Assembly (NCBI RefSeq): GCF_006345805.1
Contig: NC_043008.1
Coordinates: 61,566,001-61,630,000 of the forward strand
Source of the DNA: Octopus sinensis
Taxonomy: Eukaryota
Direction of reading: 5' to 3'
DNA length: 64,000 bases
The first letter of the stretch is position 1; every line of letters starts with the position of its first letter. A program made the translations under genes and the position numbers. The notes below the pieces were generated by a model that saw only the letters and a program-made list of their open reading frames with translations, was not told the DNA's origin and ran no database searches. Shown here piece after piece: positions 54,277 to 64,000 of this stretch.

Positions 54277-55059
54277 TACCTGAGAGAGGGAGAGAGAGAG
54301 GTGAAAGAGATACGTGTGTGTGTGTTTATATATAGGGAAAATAAATATCAGAGCTACATATTTACATATATTAAAATTTCTCTTCTTGATGGTGAGTAAT
54401 GGTAAATTAATGTTGGAAACTCTTCTCTATCTCCAACAGATACCTCATTGTTTCAAGCGTTTCAACGTTTCAAAATTGTACATTTTTACATCTTGATTTT
54501 TGAGCTGTACTCTCGTTACGTCCGATGCATTGACGATTTCCGAAGGGATCTTGTAACTATACATCATTTTTTATTGAGTGTCGTAGAGCATCCAATTAAA
54601 ATTATCTCCAATATTGCGAAGTGTTAATCCATACTGCTTGCCAGTTTGGAGATCTGCCAGCCATCTAAATTTATAGTTATATATCATTGGTGAAAGATCA
54701 GTGATAGTGCAAAACAGAAAACAGTCGCATGCTTTACGACTACAGGTAGTATTTCTCAAAATTAGAATTCATTTTCTATTTGCTCACGAATCACACTCGG
54801 GGAGTGTTTTCGGAGTTTAACCATTACTAGTGAGAATATGTTTAAAAACAAAATTAAGAACGATAATTTGCCCAGGTGATATGAGTCCTCAGATATATAT
54901 GAAATATTACTATTAAAAATTGATTACTGAATAACGAATATAAGCCACCTTATTTTCTCTATTCAAAAAGCACAGCTCAGAAATTTACTGAGTTAGTAGT
55001 TTCTATTACCTAACCTGTATTTGAAATCCACATACATATCTGTCTGTGTATCTATCTCC

Positions 55060-55127
<68 letters not shown>

Positions 55128-55519
55128 TTATCTATCTATCTACCTATCTATCTATCTATCTATATATATATCTATCTATCTATCTATCTATTTCTGTATA
55201 TATGTTTCTTTGTGTGTACGTGTGCCTTTGTGTGTTTATGTGTGTGCGTGTGTGCCAAATGTGTGTTTCTGCATATATCACGTTCATTCACATTTGAGCA
55301 CAATTACGCACCCACACAAATATAAGAATTCCTACAGCGAAATTGCCATAATACTAAAATAGTACCGTTGAATTATTTAGCAAATTCAATGGTATTAGTT
55401 TGCATTGGATTATACAAGAAAATTCTCGCTTCATTTGTCAAGCAATGGTCTTGAAACTGAGGTCTCATGCAAACAAATTCCCTTGCCACAAAAAGATACA
55501 TGTATATATATATATATAC

Positions 55520-55562
<43 letters not shown>

Positions 55563-55698
55563 CATATATACATATACATATATATATATACATATATACA
55601 TATATATATATACATACATATATATACATATATATACATACATACATACATATATAAATATATATATATATACCTATCTATATATATATATATATATA

Positions 55699-55735
<37 letters not shown>
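55060..55735. repeat. (TATC)n array (55060-55190) and TA/TACA array (55500-55735)
   Basis: Directly visible. Confidence 0.92.
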
Positions 55736-55737
<2 letters not shown>

Positions 55738-57102
55738 TCGCATACACATACATGCACTGATACATATATGCCTATATATATTTCTATGTGCCTATCCCAC
55801 TTTTTTAACATGTTATATATATATATTTATATGTATGTATGCTTGTATGTGTGTGTATGTTTCTGCGTATGGGTGTGTGCGTGTCAGTGTTCGTGTATGT
55901 ATGCATGGATGTATGTATGTATATATGCATGCATTCATTCGTTCAAAATTATTTTGTTTCTATTCATTCTGTTTCATAGAACAGCCGACAATTTCAAACA
56001 CAATAAGTTAGGTTCTAATACAATTCAGAGAATAATTAGTTGTAGCAAGAACGACATTTCTTTCTTTTTAATTTCAGTACAGTATTGATTCCATCGAGAA
56101 TTTTTCCATGTGACTGAATAATATATTGACATAAGACTACATATCGTATATATTAATTTTTTTCCAAAATATTATATAATACTATATGAAAGTTTTCCCA
56201 TAAGGATTTACAGCATTCCATGTAAATTCCATTTTGACAGTAAATATTCATAAAATAATAACTGCTATGTGATACTGATATTATTTCCTGTTTTATAAAA
56301 TCCAAGTAGATAAAAAAGAAATAAGGCAATCCTTTGTTGCGTATAATGTTTGCTCGGTTGCAATTTATTCAATCGTAACTAAATATAATTGAATCTCTCC
56401 GTTGGATCTAAATTGAGACTCAGTGAGACGTAAGTAAAACAGAAACTTTAGAACAGTATTCGGTTTGGTCTCTTGGAAACTACTTCAACGATACTTACCC
56501 GGTGGCACAGTTATTTCCACTCCAAATACTCAACTTGCTCGATATAGAAATGTCGCACAATTTCCGTCCCAAGCTAAATACGTTTGTACGTACGTATATA
56601 CTTATAGTTTTAAAACAAATATATACCTACCTACATACATACAGACAGACATAAACACACGCACACACATATATACACATAGATATATGAGAGTGAGTGC
56701 ATGCATATCCATTTATCCCTCTCCCTATCTCTATATATACATTATTCTAGAAATCTATCTCTTTGTCTGTATGTATGTGCATATGTACTTACATACACAC
56801 CTACAGACTTAGGATAGCATTTTACATAAATGCTGAGATGAAATTATAAGACTTCCTGTAGTTCCATGGGATATAACTTTTTAATAACTAGGGAAATACT
56901 GTAGGAAAACGAAATTACCGGTAAGTATGTAAACACACGCGAAAATAAGCATACAATCAATCAGGGTTTATACACCTCGCCACACACATCTAGATAGACA
57001 GACAAGCAAACAGACTGATAGAAAGACAGTATATGTTCACATGCATACGCGCTTTATATATTATTTATATATGTATATATACGCAGAAAGTATATGTGCA
57101 TA

Positions 57103-57328
57103 TTTACTCTTTTACTTGTGTCAGTCATTTGACTGTGGCCATACTGGAGCACCGCCTTTCTTTTTTAGTTAAGCAAATCGACCCCAGGACTTAATGGGCT
57201 CTGAACCATCGGTCTCTTTTGCCAAACCGTTAAGTTACTGGAACGTAAACACACCAGCATCGGTTGTCAAGCGATGTTGGGGGGGGGGGACAAAACAGAC
57301 ACACAAACATATACACATACATATATAT

Positions 57329-57391
<63 letters not shown>

Positions 57392-57518
57392 CGACGGGCT
57401 TGTTTCAGTTTCCGCCTGGCAAATCCACTCACAAGACTTTGGTCGGCCCGCAGTGGGACTGAATCCGGAACCATGTGGTTGGTAAACAAGCTACTTACCA
57501 CACAGCCACTCCTACGCC
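57103..57518 (-). mobile_element. SINE family B with internal deletion of the CORE-like segment
   Basis: GGTCGGCCCG joins directly to CAGTGGGACTGAA, lacking the AGGCTATAG..CCCAAGGTGCCACG segment found in other copies. Confidence 0.85.
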
Positions 57519-58449
57519 AGTTATATACGGATATCTTTTATGTATATCTATATAGAAGTATCTATATACGCGTGATTATATATGCATGTTTTATGCAAAT
57601 AGATGATATAATTATATATGTATACTTATTTACTTTTGTATATATAACCCTGTCGTCTATCTATAAATCCTACACTGTCCGTACTGCATGTATATATGTG
57701 CATTATGTGTATGCGTATGTATATACGTGTTTGGTCTGATGGTTTGACTTAAAGAACATGTATATGCCCACTCCCTTCACCTAATTTGGCGCCTTGTGAT
57801 CTATCTTTCGTACTTACTCATTAATGGCTTGAAAAATGACGTGCAAATAACGTGAAAATAAAAATGAACATAACTCTAGGGTGAAGGATTGACATTTTTC
57901 CTCACAGAATACTTTAGTGTAAAGGGTAACTATGCCATATGTAAAACGAAAGCATGGGGTAGAATTTAGTCGTTTTACTTGAGTAGAATTGGTACAATGC
58001 TAAAAATATCCGCAGAAAAAATATTTGCAGAAGCAGTGCAAAAGTCAAATAAATTACGGAGCTTTTATGTGTGTTTATGATAGGATGCTGTTGGCATAAA
58101 TCTTCATTCTAGTCAGTCACATGGTTTTATTTGCTATAATGAATGATGCATGTTTGAAACGTGGTTATAATGGTGTGATATATGTTGTTTCGAATCACTT
58201 TGGAGTTGCCCTTACACTTTAATAGGTGACATCATTATATGGCTACAGTTTGTGCTTTTTTAGCCACTCAATGATTTGAAGAGTCAATCTATTGTTTAAA
58301 TGTTCTGACATCAATCCATTTCCGTGATTGGGTTTGAAAAAAGAATATTTTCATTATGCTATGTGTTCCCAACATCGTGACTCTTTTATAGGTCTATAAT
58401 TTCGTTGTCAGTAATCGTGTTTGGTTTTATTCCACATCGTAAATGATTA

Positions 58450-58610
58450 GCGGATTGCGTCCATCTTTACATTCTGAATTGAAATTTATCCGGAGTCAAC
58501 TTTGCCTTTCATCCTTTAGGGATCGACTAAATAACTAACAGCTCAGCACTGCGGTTGATGTAATCGACTAGCACCGTCTCCCAAATTTGCAGGCTTTGTG
58601 CCTAATAGCA
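58450..58610 (+). mobile_element. SINE family A fragment
   Basis: GAGTCAACTTTGCCTTTCATCCTTTAGGGATCGA..GATGTAATCGACT. Confidence 0.75.
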
Positions 58611-58632
58611 CAATATATATGTACACATATAT

Positions 58633-58676
<44 letters not shown>

Positions 58677-59640
58677 GAGGGTGTTTTGGTTGAGTAATTA
58701 AAATGCTGTTAGTCCTTTTTGATACTGTAAAAATTCATTTCTTAAATAAAAACTGTGTCACCTTACATCTATTATTTACAACTTCATGTTTAATATCTAC
58801 AATTTTCTTTCAATCAGGTGACTAACCAGAATCTTTTCCCTATCAGACCTTACACGGACACTGATCACATTAAATAAGCTACGTTAAAACACGACACCTT
58901 TTTTTATACACAAATCGCTATATAACGCCAAGCAGGCTTCCATTATCTATTGTGAAACCATTCATTTAAACAAGCCTTAATACGACACTTTGTTAAATAT
59001 CCAGTGGGATGATTTCTTAAATCATTCTAGTTTTCTAATTAGACTATATAATTACCTCTCGAATTTAAATGATTCACCAATTTCCGAAGATTATTTTCAC
59101 CTTGTCGCACGCTTTATAGCTTAGCCCCTTACTAATAAGATATATTATATTGGCTATTATTTAATTCTACGCCTTTCCATTTTCAGTTCCCATTTATTGT
59201 ATGCGTGATTTCTAAGATACTTTAACATTAATTTATTTATAGTGATATGGATATAGAAAGTACAAATACCGATTACTCAACCTAATTATACTAAATAGAA
59301 ATGAAAATTTCAAGTAGCATCTACTTTACCGAAATACTCGCTTAATATATTATTCACGCTTTAAAAAGTTTCGGATGAATTCTAACTTTTTTTAAGAAGC
59401 AAAGCTATTGGGAAAGAAAAAAAGCTATGAATTCATGGCATAAACGCACTATTATTTCTCGTAGATAATGCATTTTTAAATCTTATGTTTCACATACTCT
59501 CCATGTTTCCAAATACGCTATGTAATGATGGTCTCTATTATGTCTAGCAGTGAATCTTAGAAATTCTTCTGTTTTAGATCTATGTTTATTTTTATTTTTT
59601 TGTTGAATGATATATAACTGCTATTGGTTACAGCGAGGCT

Positions 59641-60030
59641 GTGGAAGCGCAATGGCCCAGTGGTTAGGGCAGTGGACACGCGGTCATAGGATCGCGGTTT
59701 CGATTCCCAGACCGGGCGTTGTGAGTGTTTATTGAGCGAAAACACCTAAAGCTCCACGCGGCTCCGGCAGGGGATGGTGGTGATCCCTGATGTACTCTTT
59801 CACCACAACTTCCTCTCGCTCTTACTTCCTGTTTCTGTTGTACCTGTATTTCAAAGGGCCGGCCTTGTCACTCTCTGTGTCACGCTGAATATCCCTGAGA
59901 ACTACGTTAAGGGTACATGTGTCTGTGGAGTGCTGAGCCACTTACACGTTAATTTCACGAGCAGGCTGTTCCGCTGATTCGGATCAACCGGAACCCTCGT
60001 CGTCGTAACCGACGGAGTGCTTCCATCCCC
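59641..60030 (+). mobile_element. SINE family C, full length, nested in a family A copy
   Basis: Near-identical to 33134-33519; TSD TACAGCGAG(G/C)CT at 59629-59640 and 60032-60043. Confidence 0.92.
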
Positions 60031-60031
60031 A

Positions 60032-60192
60032 TACAGCGAGCCTAGTGCTTCAATTGTAATTATTTTATCGAACCCGGAAGGATGAAAGACAAATTCGACT
60101 CCTACGGAATTTGAACGTAGGACGTAGAAACTGACGAAATGTCGCTAAGCATTTTGCCTAGCATACTAAATATTCTGCTAGCTTACCGTCTT
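60032..60192 (-). mobile_element. SINE family A (host of the family C insertion)
   Basis: TTTTATCGAACCCGGAAGGATGAAAG..GGAATTTGAAC..GCTAAGCATTTTG. Confidence 0.78.
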
Positions 60193-60262
60193 TGTATGAT
60201 ATATAACTTACATTAGAAAATAATTTTATGACTATGTATTTTAGTGAATAAAATAAAATACA

Positions 60263-60302
<40 letters not shown>

Positions 60303-60445
60303 CATTTCTACTATAAGCACAAGACATGAGACTTTGAGGGAGAAGTTTAATCGATTGCATTGACTTTAATGCTCAAGTGGTAGTTATTTTATCGATCCCG
60401 AAGGATGAAAGGCGAAATAGAAGTCGGCGGATTTTAAACTCAGTT
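60303..60445 (-). mobile_element. SINE family A fragment
   Basis: TTTTATCGATCCCGAAGGATGAAAGGC..CGGATTTTAAACTCAG. Confidence 0.65.
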
Positions 60446-62046
60446 AAGCATCTTAATTGGCATGCTCTGTCTGTCTCTCTTTCTTTCTCTCTCGCTGTAT
60501 ATGCATGTGTGTGTGTGTGTGAGTGTCTCTGTGTGTGTGTGTGTGTGATCTACCAATAAGAAAATCATAAACATCAGAATATAATCGTTTAACGTTAAAG
60601 TTTGTAGATATAAGACTTGTTACATTTATGTACGTACATATGTACGCTCACATCGACATACACACATATGTATATGTATTTATAACTGTACACACATCTG
60701 TCTATGAAGATAAGTAGTTAGATATTAGGCACAAACAATTTCTTCGATTCAATTAATAGATATCCTAACTGAAATTAAACTAAATGTAGAGCAGTAAATT
60801 TTAAAACTCAAACGTAGCTTTCAACTGAAGGAAAACTAAAATGAATAAATTTTGTGAAATCAACATATAAATGTGTTTCTATAGAAGTTTTTGTGTATTT
60901 CGTGATGTTTATAATAGTTAAATGCTTTGATCTACTTGGATTTTCCTTTAATTCCGAGTAATTTTCCTTCGAATTTGTTTTGAACTAATAGTTTACAGTA
61001 GCAAGTATACAGGTACGCACTGTAAAATATCACAGAAAACTGGAGTGGTAAAAAGGTTTTTCCAATCTGATATTTCCCATACAAGAATGGTAGCATTCTG
61101 TAATACTTAATTTGAAATGTTAAATGTAGCCACAAGGGAAATAACCTATTGTGTCACATGGATTCGTAGTCGATATATTTCAAGGATTATTTTATCAATA
61201 GAAATTTAATGAAGGGCAAATTTAAGCCCCGCTGGGCTCCGAATTCAAAATTCCTTAAGCTTCCACTCTAAGCTTTAAATTATGGCCTCAAATACTTTGT
61301 ATTTTATTCTGTAGTTGACAGAGTAAGCTAAGTAATGTAACCTAGAATATTCTTTCTTTACCTTAAGGGAGTCCTTAATACGGTTTAAAGTTCAGATTTT
61401 CAAAAGAGAAAGATGATTAAACAACTATTTTCTGTTGTTTTCCCCGCAGTTACTTTGTTATTTTCATGTATATAATTAAATTACCAAAAATTAAAAAAGA
61501 AAAAAAACACAAATCTAATTTAGCTTAGATTCTAATTAAATGTAACGCGAAAATAATGAAATGAAATTTTGCATTCCTTGCAACTATTACTGTGTGTCAC
61601 TTTCCAATGTGACTATGCAGAGATGTGCCTTTAATACATACAAATCAGTAGTTTTATTATCTGTTACTGCTTACACTCCTACAATACAATCTGTTAGTGC
61701 TAGAAATGTTACTGAAATAAGGTTCTTGTCGGTATCTCTACTTAAAATCATACCCGCTTTCACTATAATTGAATTGAAGGAGAATTCAGGACATCAGCGT
61801 GGATAATTAAAGAGTTTAAGAAACAATTCAGAATGTGTTGTGGAATACGAATTCATTTCCCACAATAATATTTCACTATATGACAGATAACAAAAGGCAA
61901 GTAATAGAACATTTTAAAGAAACTCATTAGGTTTGGCCCAACAGCAATTCATTTGACACGATACAATATCAGTATATGATAGATTGAACGATGAGAAAAC
62001 AGGCGATATCTTAAATCATACATACGGTTAATCTTACTTACATATA

Positions 62047-62252
62047 TTGGTTTCAAATTTTGTCTGCAATTTCAGGGGACGGAGTAAGTCAATTAGATTG
62101 ATCCAACTGCTCAACTGGTAATTATTTTATCGAACCCCAAAGGATGAAAGACAAAAACGACCTTGGTAAAATTTGAACCCGGAAAATAAAACCGGACGAT
62201 ATGCCACTAAGCATTTGCCCGGCGTGCTATCGATTCTTTCAGCTCGCCACCG
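62047..62252 (-). mobile_element. SINE family A, older subfamily
   Basis: Same TTGGTTTCAAATTTT end as the 37774 copy, plus the family A body. Confidence 0.8.
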
Positions 62253-62699
62253 TTGTAATTCCATATAATATGAACAAGAAATAGAGCATTGGCAGGGATA
62301 ATTGAATTAAGTCATGTCAGATGAAAAATTAGTGTAGCAATATTTAAAATCCTACGTCACTAATATACCAATACTTCATTTGCTGAAGCAACCCGAATAA
62401 TTACTAGTTTTTCATTTAATGATAAAATAGTCAATGTTTTGTAGTTATTCCATAGTGGGTAGAACTTTGTTAACCGTATGGCATATTCAGAAAACATTTA
62501 ATTTACTCTATAGTTTCTTCTGTTTTTCAAACTTTGTTTTGAGAAATGGACAGTACGTATGTTCTTTTGCATGCTTTCATATACAAAGAAGAGAATGAAG
62601 AAAAATTACCCTGCAAACAGATTCCAGTTCTCAAAGCTTGTTACAATTACTCATACTAATATTCTTCTTATACAGTAGAGTATAAAATAATAATATGCA

Positions 62700-62835
62700 G
62701 CAAATTCCGTCAGGGTCAACCCTGCCTTTCATATTTTCGGAGCCGATAAATTAAGTACCAGCTGCTTACTGCGGTCGATCTAATCGACTAGCCCCTGCCC
62801 CCCAAGTTAGGGCCTTGTACCTAGAGTACAAAGTA
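62700..62835 (+). mobile_element. SINE family A, 5'-truncated
   Basis: CAAATTCCG..GCCTTTCAT..GATAAATTAAGTACCAG..GGTCGATCTAATCGACT. Confidence 0.75.
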
Positions 62836-63237
62836 ATATTTTTGTTATACATGTTTCTATATTTTTAGTAATACTTGAAGCTAGTATAAACCATGTTTTC
62901 TGAAACATTTTTGTTTTATTTGTTTACCAATCAACGAAAAATTATTTTAGTTGTAAGATTTTCGAAAACATTACAATTTAAAAATTGAAATGTATTCTAA
63001 TATGAAGACAGAGCGCCGAGCAATTAAGAGAATAGTAATTTTAGAGAATACACAAATTATTATTACTTTCTCAGAAATGGTCGTATGTTTTAATGTTCAT
63101 TTTGCAGTCGCGTGCTTCCGGATATAGTTTCAACATATGAACTATTTCGTGAGTTGTGTATTCTATTTTGACCCTGGAGACAAATGAATTTTGGGTGAAA
63201 TTGTTAAATGCGTGCGTGTATATATATATATATATAT

Positions 63238-63290
<53 letters not shown>

Positions 63291-64000
63291 GTATATGTGT
63301 ACATGCGTGCGTGTGTTTCTGTCTCTTTGCATTTGTAACTCCACTGTTTCCTATGTTCGCGATTTTATGCCCTTGAAAGTAGAAATTCGGTAACAAGTGG
63401 CCGGTAGAATAAGTACAAACCAAATTTATAAGAGCCGTCCAATCAAATGTGCCAGAGAGTCGTGTCAGCACAGTGACTGAGACAAGATAAAGAATTAAAC
63501 TTTTTTAAATCATTTTTTTTATTACTCTATCATTGATTTTTAAATGGTATTGAGTGAAGTAGAGATGGAAAACGTTGGCACAGTTCAGCCATAGATGTTG
63601 CATTGATATCGAACGCAAATTTGAATGTTGGAGACAGAAACATGTTTACAATAGAACCATAAAATAAGTAATTCTGCCCATTATTTAGAGAAATATTTAC
63701 AGCTGCACAGCCTAAAGGAAACACACCTTAGCTAAATATGTTCCCGTCACTTGAGCAGGTGATTAGTACACACATCGACTTACACCTAGGGATATATACT
63801 TCATAGCAAGATATGTTCACTGACAAGACTGTAAATAACGAATATATATAAAAATTAATGTCACTTTAAAGAAATTTATTTGTAATTACATTAACCCAGG
63901 AAAAAAGTTAAAAACAGAGAATAATGTATATCAATTACCACTTTTGAGCTTGATTTAAATTATTCCGTGATATTTTCTACCATGATGCATGGCTTTTTAA

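Overview
This is AT-rich, microsatellite-dense eukaryotic DNA with no recognisable host protein-coding gene, so it is intergenic or part of a large intron. The SINE/LINE content closely resembles octopod cephalopod (Octopus) repeats; that is an inference and was not checked against a database. Nearly all track ORFs are translations of simple repeats. The real content is about 25 tRNA-derived SINE copies in several modular families, fragments of R4/Dong-, RTE- and CR1-group LINEs, two Tc1/mariner relics, Helitron/Helentron-like non-autonomous elements, Penelope-like remnants and several fold-back structures. The best lead is an ORF-less partial tandem repeat at 36173-36980 (481-bp period, about 99% identical arms) in which each arm carries an intact type I hammerhead ribozyme fold, the architecture expected of a retrozyme or Penelope-pLTR unit that could release a 481-nt, possibly circular, RNA. 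Further minimal hammerhead motifs lie at about 18.5 and 18.7 kb. All alignments and translations were done by eye, so element boundaries are approximate.
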